64,000 nucleotides of DNA from Nitrospirota bacterium (GCA_963703955.1 CAVPGK010000011.1:128001-192000), one strand, 5' to 3'. Shown: positions 41,250-52,681, counted from the first letter of the stretch. Program-made: numbers and translations. Notes: generated by a model not told the origin, from the letters alone.

Positions 41250-41904
41250 TTAGTCGTGCAGAACGACGTTGAGGAGGGAGCTGTGCACATGGAAGCCACC
41301 ATTGTAGTCCAGGAAGCCAAGTTTACGGAACCTATTCATGAAGAAACTGACGCGGGACCGCGTGGTGCCGATCATCTCAGCCAGCGTTTCTTGACTGACC
41401 TTCGCAATGACCGGCTCCGGCTTACCTTCTTTCCCAAAGTGGGCCAGCAGTAGGAGGATCCGCGCCAGCCGCTTCTCGGCTGAATTAAAGAGTTGATCCA
41501 CCAAGTCCTCTTGGATGCGAATATTGTTCGCCAGCAGATAGGACATAAACAGCTCGGCGAACGTGGGCTCCTCGTGAAGCGCGCGGATCATGGCGTCTTT
41601 GTCGATGCCCACGATCTTGGAGTCTTCCAGGGCGGTCGCGGTGGCCGTCCGAACCGTCTGCCCGGCGAGGCAGGATTCTCCAAAAAAGGCACCCGGTTCC
41701 AGAATCGCGACGACAGCTTCTTTGCCCTGTTGCGAGACCACGGTCAGCTTGACCGTGCCCGCCTGGATATAGAACACGGCTTCCGCCGCATCCCCTTGCG
41801 AAAAGAGAATCTGCTTCTTTCGGACCTGGCAGGGTCGTTTTTCCGCTGCCGACTTGTGTGAGGAACGTCTTGGGATGAAACGGCGTGGTTCGTTTGCGTG
41901 CCAT
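41250..41904 (-). CDS. Crp/Fnr family transcriptional regulator, frameshift near 41830
   Basis: FSQGDAAEAVFYI, FFGESCL, EKRLAR, SQETLAEMIGTTRSRVS. Confidence 0.88.
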
Positions 41905-42216
41905 CGGCCTACTCGCCTTGACTTCTCCGCCACTCTTTGTGTGAGCAGATGGGAGTAGCGGGGCATCAGACCAGGCACCCGATCGATCTTTTTTTTTGGT
42001 GTCCCGGGGAAGATGGGACGTGGACATGGCAGCTCCTTCCCTTCATCGTGTGAAAGATCTGATAATTCTGTAAGGGAGAGTCCTACCGAATCGTGAATCT
42101 GCATGTGGAATGCCAGCCTACAGCGGACGTGCAGCGCGCCCCAATCCCTTGGAATCATGAGTAAAGGCCGTACTCAGCGGCATGGAACACCGGCAAAGAG
42201 CCTGTGGCATTATGGG

Positions 42217-42521
42217 TCATGGAAAAGCGAGGCTCTGTCCTCTAATTCCACATTGCTTAGTGCGTGGCGGCTCACGACTTAGAAAGACTATGTGCAGTTC
42301 AGCGAGAAGGGAGGTTTCTGATCTGATAAGTGGTAAGAGATCCTGGCCATTTACGTTGACCGTTTCTAAAAATGGATTCAAGCCAATAGCTTTGTAACCC
42401 TGAATCGGTGGATACATCCAGAGCTGTCGTAACTGCGGATCCAGATACAGTATTATTTTATGCTTATCTTCCTTGCCTCCATTGGCCTTGAGTGGCCCCC
42501 TATACGTCAGCCTAACTCCAT
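42217..42521 (-). pseudogene. fragment of a hypothetical protein
   Basis: ME / RLTYRGPLKANG..KH....PQLRQLW...PLI...LHIVFLSREPP; frameshifted and truncated. Confidence 0.4.
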
Positions 42522-42865
42522 AGAGAAAGCTCCCAGCCGCAACCTATGCAATAAGCAAGGGAGAAGCGGAAGGTCTTGAAAACACTGGAGCCGGTCTTCG
42601 GCGGCTGATCTGCCCCTATCTGCCTCAATAACCTCGCCGGCCCAAACCTGCTGGTATTCGTCCTTTCTTCAGAATCTCTTGGAAGTCCACAAATATCCCA
42701 TCTGGTCCTCTCCGGCTATCATCTGGCACCGGGCATGCTTAATCATGAACAAGTGTGTCTAAACGCCGAAACGGAAATGTTGCGGCGTGATGAGAAAAAA
42801 GACTAATGGGAGTCTCAAGTTGATCATACTATTGTAACTAAGCACCGAAGCGGATCGGGCACGAC

Positions 42866-43125
42866 ATGGATATATCTGCGCCAGTCATTCGTCTCGACGG
42901 AGTTGAAAAGGCTTTTGCTGCACAGGAGATGTTGTAAGGGGCTGAACCTAAAGATCCTGCGCGGAAAGGTCACCACGGTCGTTGGTCTCAGCGGCGACGG
43001 AACAAGTGTGTGATTGAAACACATGATAGCCTGACCGGCCCGACCATGGGCAGGTGCTGGTTGATAAGGAGGAAATCGCATGACTGGAAGGACGCGCGCT
43101 CAATGACGTGTGGAAGAAATTCCGT
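42866..43125 (+). pseudogene. MlaF-like ABC ATPase 5' remnant
   Basis: VIRLDGVEKAF / GLNLKILRGKVTTVVGLSGDGTSV*LKHMI / PDHGQVLVD with stops. Confidence 0.6.
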
Positions 43126-43247
43126 TCGCATTAGGGTCGACACCGTTTGACTCCCTGTAGGTATGTGACGAAGTAGCCTTCCCTTGACTGGCTGGAAGCG
43201 GAGGAGCTCATTCCGGATAACGAGAGAGAGTAGCGTAGGGGGGATGT

Positions 43248-45851
43248 ATGGACATGAACCGCGTGACGCTGAAGCTTCAAGAGGCACTGCAGGCTGCCTC
43301 AGCCCACGCGATGCGCCGAAGCCATCAAGGCATTGACATCGAGCACCTGCTGCTGGCGCTGATGGAACAAGAAGCAGGTCTGACCGGTCCGCTGTTTGAA
43401 CAGGCGGGGGTCTCTGCGGCCGCGGTACAGAAGGCCGCCGAGGCGGCCTTAGACAGGCTTCCACAGGTGGAGGGGCCCGGATCAGCGCCTGGACAGGTCT
43501 ATGTGACCCAGCGCTTGTCGTACGTGCTGACCCAGGCCGAACAGGAGATGCGAGGACTGCACGATGAATATGTGAGCGTGGAGCATGTCCTTCTCGCGAT
43601 GGTGGTAGAAGGGGGTATTTTTAGACAGCTCGGATTAACCCGCGATCGTCTGTTGTCCGCGCTTCAACAAATACGGGGGAACCAACGGGTGACAAGTCAG
43701 GACCCCGAAAGCACCTATCAAGCGCTTGAGAAGTACGGTCGTGATCTGACCAGACTAGCCGGGCAAGGTAAGCTGGACCCGGTCGTGGGACGGGACGAAG
43801 AAATCAGACGGGTGATTCAGATCCTGTCCCGACGGACGAAAAATAATCCGGTACTCATCGGTGAGCCCGGCGTAGGGAAGACGGCGATCGTGGAGGGATT
43901 AGCCCAGCGAATTGTCAAAGGAGATGTGCCCGAAGGCCTGAAGCACAAACGCCTCATCGTGCTCGACATGGGAGCCTTGATCGCTGGAGCCAAGTATCGT
44001 GGCGAATTCGAGGACCGCCTTAAGGCGGTCCTCAAGGAAGTCCAGTCGGGACATGGGCAGATTCTGATGTTCATCGATGAGTTGCATACAGTAGTTGGCG
44101 CGGGTGCGGCTGAAGGAGCGATGGATGCGGCCAACATGCTCAAGCCCTTGCTGGCCCGCGGCGAACTGCACATGATTGGGGCAACCACACTCGATGAGTA
44201 CCGCAAGCATATTGAAAAGGATGCTGCGCTCGAACGCAGGTTTCAGCCTGTCATCATCGGTGAACCGACGGTTGAGGACACGATCTCGATCCTACGAGGA
44301 CTCAAAGAACGATACGAAATCCACCACGGTGTGCGTATCAAGGATGCCGCACTGATCGCAGCCGCCAAACTATCGCACCGATACATCGCGGACCGCTTCT
44401 TACCGGACAAGGCCATTGATCTGGTGGATGAGGGAGCCGCCCGTCTCCGGACTGAGATCGACAGTCTACCGGCAGAGCTGGACGAGATCTCGCGGAAGGT
44501 GCTGCAGTTGGAGATTGAGCGCGAAGCGCTCCGCAAGGAAAGCGACCCCGCCAGCCGCACACGATTAGCGGCGCTAGAAGAGGAGTTGGCCGAAAAGGTA
44601 CGCGATCGGGATGTGCTGAAGACCCACTGGGAAACAGAGAAAGTGTCTGTTGGTCGTCTGCATAAGTTTCGTCAACAGATCGAAGCCATGAAACAGGAGA
44701 TGGAACGGGCCGAACGGGCCTACGACCTGAATCGGGTCTCGGAGTTGCGGTATGGCGAATTGCCCAAGTTGGAGCGGCAACTCGCCGCAGAGGAACAGCA
44801 CCTGGTGAAGAAGCAAAACGGACATCGGTTGCTGAAGGAGGAAGTGGATGAAGATGACATTGCGGAGGTCGTCAGCCGCTGGACGGGCATTCCCGTCGCT
44901 CGCCTGGTGCAAGGTGAGATGGAGAAGCTGCTGCATCTGCAGGACCTCTTGCACAAGCGTGTGGTCGGTCAGGAGGAGGCGGTTCGGGCCGTTGCAGATG
45001 CTGTGATACGCGCTCGGTCGGGAATCAAGGATCCCTCCCGGCCGATCGGCTCATTCCTGTTCCTTGGTCCAACGGGCGTTGGGAAAACAGAGCTCGCACG
45101 TGCCTTAGCTGCAACACTCTTCGATGATGAAGCGAATCTCATTCGCATTGATATGTCGGAATATATGGAGAAACACACCGTCGCTCGGCTCATCGGCGCT
45201 CCGCCCGGCTATGTGGGGTATGAGGAAGGCGGCCAACTCACAGAGGCGGTCCGGCGTCGTCCGTTTTCCGTGATTCTGTTCGATGAAATCGAGAAGGCCC
45301 ACCATGACGTGTTCAATGTGTTGCTCCAGGTGATGGATGACGGCCGACTCACCGACTCGCATGGTCGCACCGTGGACTTCAAAAATACGGTGTTGATCAT
45401 GACCTCGAATATCGGAAGTCAGGACATCTTGGAGGCCCAGCAGCGACAGGTGCCGTATGAAGAGATGAAGAAGGTGGCCATGACTGACCTCCGCCGGCAC
45501 TTCCGGCCAGAGTTTTTGAACCGCGTTGATGAGACGGTGGTGTTCCATCCGCTCTCCACGGCGCAGTTGGTCAGGATTGTGGACATCCAGTTGACTCGTC
45601 TGGAAGAGCGTCTGGCCGAGCGGAGGATTTCTCTTGAACTCACTGCTCAGGCGAAGGCTGACCTCGCTCAACGCGGCTATGATCCTGTGTACGGCGCGCG
45701 GCCACTCAAGCGATTGATCCAGCAGGATCTCGAAACACCAATCGGTTATGTACTCGTGAGGGGTGAGCTACGGGACGGCGGTACGGCTCATGTGGAGCTC
45801 AAAGACGGGAAGATCGTGGTGATACCGACAGGTCGGGCCCAAGTTGCGTAA
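43248..45851 (+). CDS. clpB: ATP-dependent disaggregase ClpB
   Basis: Two AAA modules ([16 protein letters not shown]), middle coiled-coil domain, GYVGYEEGG, 867 aa. Confidence 0.97.
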   Translation: MDMNRVTLKLQEALQAASAHAMRRSHQGIDIEHLLLALMEQEAGLTGPLFEQAGVSAAAVQKAAEAALDRLPQVEGPGSAPGQVYVTQRLSYVLTQAEQEMRGLHDEYVSVEHVLLAMVVEGGIFRQLGLTRDRLLSALQQIRGNQRVTSQDPESTYQALEKYGRDLTRLAGQGKLDPVVGRDEEIRRVIQILSRRTKNNPVLIGEPGVGKTAIVEGLAQRIVKGDVPEGLKHKRLIVLDMGALIAGAKYRGEFEDRLKAVLKEVQSGHGQILMFIDELHTVVGAGAAEGAMDAANMLKPLLARGELHMIGATTLDEYRKHIEKDAALERRFQPVIIGEPTVEDTISILRGLKERYEIHHGVRIKDAALIAAAKLSHRYIADRFLPDKAIDLVDEGAARLRTEIDSLPAELDEISRKVLQLEIEREALRKESDPASRTRLAALEEELAEKVRDRDVLKTHWETEKVSVGRLHKFRQQIEAMKQEMERAERAYDLNRVSELRYGELPKLERQLAAEEQHLVKKQNGHRLLKEEVDEDDIAEVVSRWTGIPVARLVQGEMEKLLHLQDLLHKRVVGQEEAVRAVADAVIRARSGIKDPSRPIGSFLFLGPTGVGKTELARALAATLFDDEANLIRIDMSEYMEKHTVARLIGAPPGYVGYEEGGQLTEAVRRRPFSVILFDEIEKAHHDVFNVLLQVMDDGRLTDSHGRTVDFKNTVLIMTSNIGSQDILEAQQRQVPYEEMKKVAMTDLRRHFRPEFLNRVDETVVFHPLSTAQLVRIVDIQLTRLEERLAERRISLELTAQAKADLAQRGYDPVYGARPLKRLIQQDLETPIGYVLVRGELRDGGTAHVELKDGKIVVIPTGRAQVA

Positions 45852-46109
45852 AGAAAGCAAGATGCACCGGAAGAGATGCTCGGTTACTGAGTACAGTTGA
45901 CGGACACAGTCGCACAAACATCCGAGTGTTCAGCTCCGATACGCAGTTTGCCTCGCGATGTATGGGCAGCCATTGTGGCCAGCTTCGTCATGGACATCTC
46001 GAGCCAGAAGGCCATCAGGAGCGCTGCAAGCAGCGCCAGCGCTCCGTCGAACAAGAACGGTGCAGGCGTCCGTCGAATCCGGACCAGGGTCCGACCCCTT
46101 GCCATAGCA

Positions 46110-46699
46110 CATCCGCGATCACCGAAGCCTACGATCGGCTAAGCGACGGCAGTTCACGATCTTGTGGACGTGGCGGTTCGGAGCAGCGCGACGGCGGAAG
46201 ATTTCCCTGACGCGAGCTTTGCCGGCCAGCAAGAGACCTACCTCAATGTTCAAGGACATCAGGCGTTGTTGGAAGCGTGCAAACCGTGCTTTGCCTCGCT
46301 GTTTACCGATCGCGCCATTTCGTACCGAGTGGACAAGGAGTTCGACCATCTGAAGATCGCGCTGTCAATCGGCGTGCAACGGATGGTGCGCTCCGATCTG
46401 GCGACGTCAGGCATTATGTTTTCCATCGATACCGAAACGGGATTCAAGGATGCCGTCTTGATCAATGCGTCCTATGGGTTGGGGGAAAATGTCGTCCAGG
46501 GTGCGTGGTTGCCAGCGTCATCAAAGTTGCGAAGGCGAAGGGGAGAAAGATCGGGATCTGTGGTCAGGTCCCCAGTGACTATCCGGACTTCGCGAAGTTT
46601 TTGGTTGAGCAGGGCATTGATAGCATCTCGCTCAATCCCGACGCGGTGATGAAAACCACCGCCATGATCCTGGAACTAGAACAGTCTGTGCGGAGATGA
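46110..46699 (+). pseudogene. ppsA: phosphoenolpyruvate synthase remnant with large internal deletion
   Basis: [23 protein letters not shown]...GLGENVVQG joined at ~46500 to [24 protein letters not shown]. Confidence 0.85.
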
Positions 46700-46786
46700 C
46701 AGAGGTAGGTTCATCGCTACGCTCGATATCGTAATGGCATCAACAACCCCCGACGTGGTCGATTGAACAGCTAGAAACGAAGTGAC

Positions 46787-47719
46787 ATGGAATTCAAGGA
46801 CTACTACAAGCTTCTCGAGATTGAGCGCACGGCGACGGCCGACGACATCAAAAGCGCATACCGCAAGCTGGCGCGAAAATATCATCCGGACGTGAGTAAA
46901 GAGCCGCAAGCGGAAGCGCGCTTTAAGGAAATCGGCGAAGCCTTCGAAGTGCTTCAGGACCCGGAGAAGCGCGCCGCCTACGACCAACTCGGCAATCGCT
47001 GGCGGGCGGGGCAAGAATTTACCCCTCCGCCGGACTGGGCTGCGGGCTTCGAGTTCACCCCCAGCGGCGCTTCCGCGGCGGATGCCACAGACTATAGCGA
47101 CTTCTTCTCCGCCCTGTTCGGCAACTTCTCCCGTCACAGCACATCCACCCGTGCTCATGGCGAGGACCATCATGCCAAGATCTTCATTGCACTCGAGGTT
47201 GCGTTTCACGGCGGAACACACACGATTACCCTGCGTTCACCTCAGGTGAATGAGCAAGGTCAGCTGGTGCTGCAGGAGCGGTCGCTCAACATACAGATTC
47301 CCAAAGGCATCCGTGAAGGCCAGCATATCCGACTGACGCGGCAAGGCGCGCCGGGAGCCAACGGAATGCCCGCGGGTGACCTCTATCTCGAGATCTGTTT
47401 TCACCCCCACCCCCTGTACCAGTTACAAGGCCGCGACCTGTCTCTCTCATTGCCGCTTGCACCGTGGGAAGCGGCCCTCGGGGCCACGGTCAAAGCGCCG
47501 ACCCCAACCGGTGTGGTTGAAGTTAAAATTCCCCCGGGCTCGCAGAGCGGGCGAAAGCTAAGACTTAAGGGACGCGGCATCCCCGGCGAACCGGCGGGCG
47601 ATCTCTATCTTGTCCTGGAAGTGGTCCTTCCGACAGCGGACACGGAGCAGGCACAACAGATCTATCAAACCATGGCGCGGGAACTGGCCTTCAATCCGCG
47701 CCAAGCACTGGGGGTCTAA
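46787..47719 (+). CDS. cbpA: DnaJ-class curved DNA-binding protein
   Basis: KDYY, YHPD J-domain, APWEAALG, no Zn finger. Confidence 0.92.
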   Translation: MEFKDYYKLLEIERTATADDIKSAYRKLARKYHPDVSKEPQAEARFKEIGEAFEVLQDPEKRAAYDQLGNRWRAGQEFTPPPDWAAGFEFTPSGASAADATDYSDFFSALFGNFSRHSTSTRAHGEDHHAKIFIALEVAFHGGTHTITLRSPQVNEQGQLVLQERSLNIQIPKGIREGQHIRLTRQGAPGANGMPAGDLYLEICFHPHPLYQLQGRDLSLSLPLAPWEAALGATVKAPTPTGVVEVKIPPGSQSGRKLRLKGRGIPGEPAGDLYLVLEVVLPTADTEQAQQIYQTMARELAFNPRQALGV

Positions 47720-47721
47720 TT

Positions 47722-48042
47722 ATGGATAGGGAGGAGGAGCTTCTGACAGGAAGCGTGATCGGTGATGAGGGTGTGCTGTCGATCGAGGAGTTGGCGAGAG
47801 CCTGTAGCGCGGAGGCGCAGTGGATCATCGAATTGGTGGCCGTGGGGGTGCTGGAGCCGCAAGGTACGGAGACCTCGCGCTGGCGATTCCGTGCGACGGA
47901 TCTTACCTGTGCCCGCCGAGTGGCCCGCCTCCAACGGGATTTTAATGCCAGTCTCGATGCGGCCGCAGTGATGCTCGATCTGCTCGATCAGATCGAACAG
48001 TTGCGCGCTCGGCTGAAGCGGGCCGGCCTGGATGTGGAATAG
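47722..48042 (+). CDS. cbpM: chaperone modulator CbpM
   Basis: MerR-like ELARAC...ELVAVGVLEP...RLQRDF; follows cbpA. Confidence 0.9.
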   Translation: MDREEELLTGSVIGDEGVLSIEELARACSAEAQWIIELVAVGVLEPQGTETSRWRFRATDLTCARRVARLQRDFNASLDAAAVMLDLLDQIEQLRARLKRAGLDVE

Positions 48043-48170
48043 GTCTGCAGCACAAGGGACGCGGGGGGAGCTGACTCGTCGTGCCGCTCTTAGGTCACTG
48101 CCGTTGCCTGCTTCTGGCACCTGGGCAGCCGTTGGCGATTTAATGATCGGCACTCTTACGGACATGAGCC

Positions 48171-48605
48171 ATGAGTGATATGATGCGTGTTCTGTGCCCC
48201 CGGTGCTACACCATCAATCGCGTCCCGGCAGCACGCTTCGCGGATCGCCCTAAATGTGGCCAGTGCCACGAGCGGCTGTTCACCGGACACCCGATTGCGC
48301 TGACGGCGGCGGACTTCGACATGCACGCCACCCGAAGCGACATTCCGCTGGTCGTGGATTTTTGGGCGCCGTGGTGCGGGCCCTGCCGAATGATGGCTCC
48401 AGCGTATGAGCAGGCTGCCAAGATTCTGGAGCCACACCTTCGCCTGGCCAAGGTGAACACGGAAGAGGAACAGGCGCTTGGGGCCCGCTTCGGCATTCAA
48501 AGTATCCCGACCGTGATATTGCTTCGCGGAGGGCATGAAGTGGCGCGGCAATCCGGGGCCCTCGGCGCGCAGGACATCGTGCAGTGGGTCCGTGCCCATC
48601 TGTGA
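48171..48605 (+). CDS. trxC: thioredoxin 2
   Basis: CPRC..NRVP...CGQC Zn domain plus WCGPC. Confidence 0.93.
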   Translation: MSDMMRVLCPRCYTINRVPAARFADRPKCGQCHERLFTGHPIALTAADFDMHATRSDIPLVVDFWAPWCGPCRMMAPAYEQAAKILEPHLRLAKVNTEEEQALGARFGIQSIPTVILLRGGHEVARQSGALGAQDIVQWVRAHL

Positions 48606-48734
48606 TTCGAACATTCGACGCGCGCGACTTCTCCTGTTACGGGTATGGTGCAGTCTGAGGCCGGATTGAGGAAAGGGGCATAGCACGAGCGTGAGCCTAT
48701 GTGCCCAACCGGCCAGAGCCTGCCATAGAGGAAT

Positions 48735-49260
48735 GAACTACCCCCTGTGGCTAGACCAGCCGCCATGTGAGTCAGGCACCACACGGGGCAGTTCCTCAAG
48801 GTGCCGCTGGCCTACGTTTCGTGTTTTGGGCAGGTCCCTAGACGAGACAACCACGGCAGCTTGAAAGGCGCTCAAAGTTCTCAACGATGAGGGGTGCTTC
48901 CCCTCCCACCCCTGCGACTGCGTGAGCGATTGTCTACCACGCCTGGCTGTCTCGGGCTCGTTGATTTCGAGGAGAGAATGATTATCTAAGAACTGAAGGA
49001 GGTGGAGTGAGAGTTGAGGCGTTTGAGTTTGACCCACCTTTGTGTAGCCAGCGTGCATAGGGCATCGCTTCTGCTTCAGTGGCGGGGTGGGTTCAAGGTA
49101 CACGCTCTCGATCGTCGGTGCCGCTAGGTGCAGCCGTAGATGCGAGTCTGAACCAAAAGTGAAGCGTGGGGCAATCAGCCTTAGGCGACTGAAGGATTGC
49201 TGGACCTGGCCCCGTTCGGATGGCAGCCCCGGTGTTCCACACAAGGGCGGGCCGTTTTGT
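48735..49260 (+). ncRNA. candidate large structured RNA, HEARO/omegaRNA-like 5' part
   Basis: Series of nested stems, ending in a stem plus T-rich tract; no credible CDS. Confidence 0.35.
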
Positions 49261-49573
49261 GTGTGACCGCATGGTTCCTTCCTCGCACTTTCTCCATCTT
49301 CATGAGAGCCTGCAGAATTATCCCCTACAGCGAATAACGACATATGGGTCTCATAAAAGCAACACCACATGATTATGATCGAGGGAATTCGCGAGGAGGA
49401 TAATAAAAAAACGAAGCGGAGGCCAGTCCAGAGAGCTCTGTGTCGATTGTGGAAGTCTTGGAGGGGTTTTAGGCTTCCCGCTCATCCTGGCGGGCCTGCT
49501 CACCGCCCCTGCGCTTGACCTCGATTCCCTTGAGTGTTCCTCTCCCCGAGTCCTCCGCTCACTTATAAGATAA

Positions 49574-49729
49574 CCGTCCGTCGCGAGAAATCAATCGGTG
49601 GAGCGGCCCCGTTCAGTCAAGACCGTTCCCTGACTCACGGTGGCAGGCGGTCTCCTGTTCCCAGGATCAATCGTCGGCACCAGGGCACCTGAACGGTGGC
49701 CTCACAGCTGGGGGTAGATCACGGGACGG
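49574..49729. repeat. long imperfect palindrome, possible IS110-derived MITE
   Basis: CCGTCC/GGACGG ends; CCGTTCAG (49609) pairs with CTGAACGG (49689). Confidence 0.35.
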
Positions 49730-49935
49730 TGGCTCGGTGACTATCAAAGTCTTGCATACTTCTTAGCACAGCACGCGGTGGATACGCATTGGGCTTTCCA
49801 GTAGACTGACCTCCCAACGAATGGCGGACTCTGGTGGGCCATGCTGCAAAGGCCGACCGTAGCCGACGTGCCAGTTGCGATGCCGTTCGTAACTTCTTGA
49901 GGCAGATGCGTATTCGTATAACTAGGAGGCACGAG

Positions 49936-50391
49936 ATGAACGATCAAGACACACAACGTGCGGTTGGGATTCTCAACCACATTATGGAGCATGAGTTGGC
50001 AGGAGTCGTACGGTATATGCATTACTCCCTCATGATCTATGGCTATAATCGCATTCCGATCGTGTCTTGGCTGAAAAGTAATGCCGACGAGAGCTTTGCA
50101 CATGCACATAAAGCCGGAGAACTGGTCACCTTGCTAGGCGGCCACCCGTCGCTGAGAATTGGGGCACTCTTGGAAACTGAGAAGCATGATGTGGGAGACA
50201 TCCTCGAGGAAAGCTTGGAGCACGAGAAGGCTGCCATCGCCTCCTATTACGAACTCCTGAAAGTCTCCGAAGGAAAGTCCGTGCTGTTGGAAGAATATGC
50301 ACGAGAGATGATCGTCAGCGAAGAGCTGCACCTTGACGAGGCGAACAAGATGTTGCGGAAGTCAGGTGATGTTCAACCATTTCGCTCCTGA
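49936..50391 (+). CDS. bacterioferritin / ferritin-like protein
   Basis: AGGAGG RBS; ELAGVVRY, ESFAHA, HE, EELH diiron ligands. Confidence 0.88.
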   Translation: MNDQDTQRAVGILNHIMEHELAGVVRYMHYSLMIYGYNRIPIVSWLKSNADESFAHAHKAGELVTLLGGHPSLRIGALLETEKHDVGDILEESLEHEKAAIASYYELLKVSEGKSVLLEEYAREMIVSEELHLDEANKMLRKSGDVQPFRS

Positions 50392-50634
50392 CCTAACCCT
50401 TCAATCCACCGGGCAGGAAAACGTGGAAAGAAACGAGTGTGGGGAGCTAGTGTCGTCTCGGCCGCGCTGGGAGACCAAAATGGTTTCCCGCCGATACCCC
50501 ACGCGCCGCTCTTGGCTTCTTCCACCAGTACCCACGTTGCGTCACGCAGCTGTTCTCCGCTGCTCGCGCCCGATTCAAAAGAAACTGCTGAAAAGGAAGT
50601 TGGCGTGAGTGCGCGAACGATTTCGGAACTTTTC

Positions 50635-50751
50635 TTAACGAGAATCCAGACCTAACCTTAAGCGCTGGAAAATGAGAAGGCGAGTCTCATCGGACAAGGC
50701 GTGAAACAATCGGGCGGCCTTCTCAGGATGCTTGATACTGATGGTCACCAT
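50635..50751 (-). pseudogene. ArsR/SmtB regulator 5' fragment
   Basis: AARLFHALSDETRLLI, truncated before the HTH. Confidence 0.7.
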
Positions 50752-50759
50752 AGAGCATC

Positions 50760-50787
50760 TTACACATCAATAATAGTTGATGTGTAA
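50760..50787. promoter_or_regulatory. ArsR-type operator palindrome
   Basis: TTACACATCAA-N6-TTGATGTGTAA perfect inverted repeat between divergent arsR and arsI/cadI remnants. Confidence 0.7.
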
Positions 50788-50887
50788 AATCGCGTCATTT
50801 CGGATTCTGCATCCTTTTCGACCGATCTCCGTCTATAGAAACGAAGGCAATGGGGCCTTCACTCGAAACAAAGATAAGGAGACCGCC

Positions 50888-51049
50888 ATGAGACTACATC
50901 TGTCCCTCGACGTCCGTAGCGTCCCAGAATCAGTGGAGTTCTATCAAAAGGTGTTTGGAATCACCCCGCAGAAGCAAACCAGCGACTATGCCAAGTTTGA
51001 TCTGTCCCGTCCGGCTTTGAACCTGTCTCTTGTCTCATCGACAGGCTGA
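50888..51049 (+). pseudogene. ArsI/CadI glyoxalase-family 5' fragment
   Basis: MRLHLSLDV....SVEFY..VFG..P.K...DYAKFDL..PALNLSL, stops at 53 aa. Confidence 0.75.
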
Positions 51050-51252
51050 ATCAAAAGAACTGGACGATACTTCGCTCGGATCACAAGAAATTCTTCATTC
51101 GTTTCAAGCATTGGAGTCTGCATCGGAATGGAGCGCTTAAACGCATCCTTGCCCGCAGGCTCGATATGAAATTTTGAAGCGAGGGTCTTCCTGGATCCGC
51201 GATCTGTCCTGTCTCGGGGGTCGGGGTGATTAAGCGGGAAAGTACAGTTCTC

Positions 51253-52113
51253 TCAGGGAACCACGATAATGGGACAGGGAGCCTGATGCAGAACGGCGTG
51301 AGAGACGCTGCCGAGCAAGAGCCGTTCCACTTTGCCCGGACGCCGAGTCCCTACGAGAATCAGATCCGCCGCGGTTTCAGCCGCCCATCCAGAGATGGCC
51401 ACCTCCGGTCTGCCCACCGTTACGACGCTGGTGGCACGATAACCGATCTTCCTCAGCCGCGAGACCACCTCATCGACGAATTGCCGGGCCACCTCTACGA
51501 TCTTCTTGTTGACGCTGTCCGCTGTCTCGATCCCCACCGGCCATAAGAGAGGGAAGAGCACGACGGTCAGGGCCGTGATCTCGACAGCCTCGGGAAACGG
51601 TTTGGCAGTCAGAAACTTGAACACTGCCTCAGCATCTGCCACCCCGCTCAGCGCGATGACAAGACGACGAAGTCCTTGCATGGGCCTATTGACCATCCAG
51701 ACCGGGCAGTGAGAGTGTAAGATGACGTTGTGGGTAACACTCCCCAGTACCAGTTCCTTGAGTGAACCAAGCCCCCGACTGCCCAGGACGATCAAATTCG
51801 ACCGTTCTTTTGCCGCCGTGGCAAGAATGACTTCAGCAGCCGTGCCCTTCTCTACACGGGTTGAAACCGCCTGGACAGTAGAGGGCAGGAGGGATTGCAT
51901 TTGTTGGATCAGGTGTTCGCCGTCTTCCTGACGCTGTTGCTCCAACGTGGTATACAGCCCTGAAGAGATCTCTGGGACAATCGTCGGGTACGTCCACGTT
52001 GGAATATCCAATACGTGCAGGACCGTCACTGATTGCATGGGGGCCAAGTAGCTGAGGGAGCGTGCGGCTTCTCGGGCTTCCTCCGATCCATCTACGGCGA
52101 GCAAAATGCGCAT
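51253..52113 (-). CDS. universal stress protein (tandem USP)
   Basis: ILLAVDGS, LIVLGSRG..LGSV, LLGSVSHAVLHQAPCP. Confidence 0.93.
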   Translation of the reverse strand: MRILLAVDGSEEAREAARSLSYLAPMQSVTVLHVLDIPTWTYPTIVPEISSGLYTTLEQQRQEDGEHLIQQMQSLLPSTVQAVSTRVEKGTAAEVILATAAKERSNLIVLGSRGLGSLKELVLGSVTHNVILHSHCPVWMVNRPMQGLRRLVIALSGVADAEAVFKFLTAKPFPEAVEITALTVVLFPLLWPVGIETADSVNKKIVEVARQFVDEVVSRLRKIGYRATSVVTVGRPEVAISGWAAETAADLILVGTRRPGKVERLLLGSVSHAVLHQAPCPIIVVP

Positions 52114-52681
52114 GACCCCCTCCATAATCAGGCATGTCGCTTCTATGCAGGTGAGAGCGAACACTTGCTGTATAGCATAGAGAGGTGGTGTTTCGACACT
52201 CCCCCCTGCTCTCTTGCGCCCCACCGCTTGACGTCGAGAGACCTCTGAACGTGTACGCAAAGCATGGTTCTCACTAGTGCCGGTTGACCCAAAACCACAA
52301 ACCTGGACCGGGTAGAGCAATACGATCCTGCCCTACAAATTAATTGGCTTTGGATACCTGAACCCCTTGAGTAGCCGCTAGAAATACTTTTATGTAGTTG
52401 ACAGGTATCAAAAATTGTTTCCTGCCGCGTAATCCTCTTGTAATACCGCTTGAAGCGGTTCAGCGCTTCAAGACATGAGCGGCAATCCATTCTTTGGCTT
52501 CATGTGCAACGGTCACCGGAGCCTCAAGGTCATTGAGACCGAATGAGGTGCCGTTGCGCCAAGCGCCGGACTGATCTCTGAACGGCCGTGAGAATCGCGA
52601 TGAGAGAGAAACCCGGCCGCAGTGGGCCCTGGAAGGCTATCGCCGGCCGATCAGGACAGGTGGCCCAGTGGCTTTAGACGG

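Noticed and set aside
48738..49370. 210-aa minus-strand ORF, or a group II intron
   Set aside because: Protein is not family-like and lacks an RBS; no domain V motif or RT ORF
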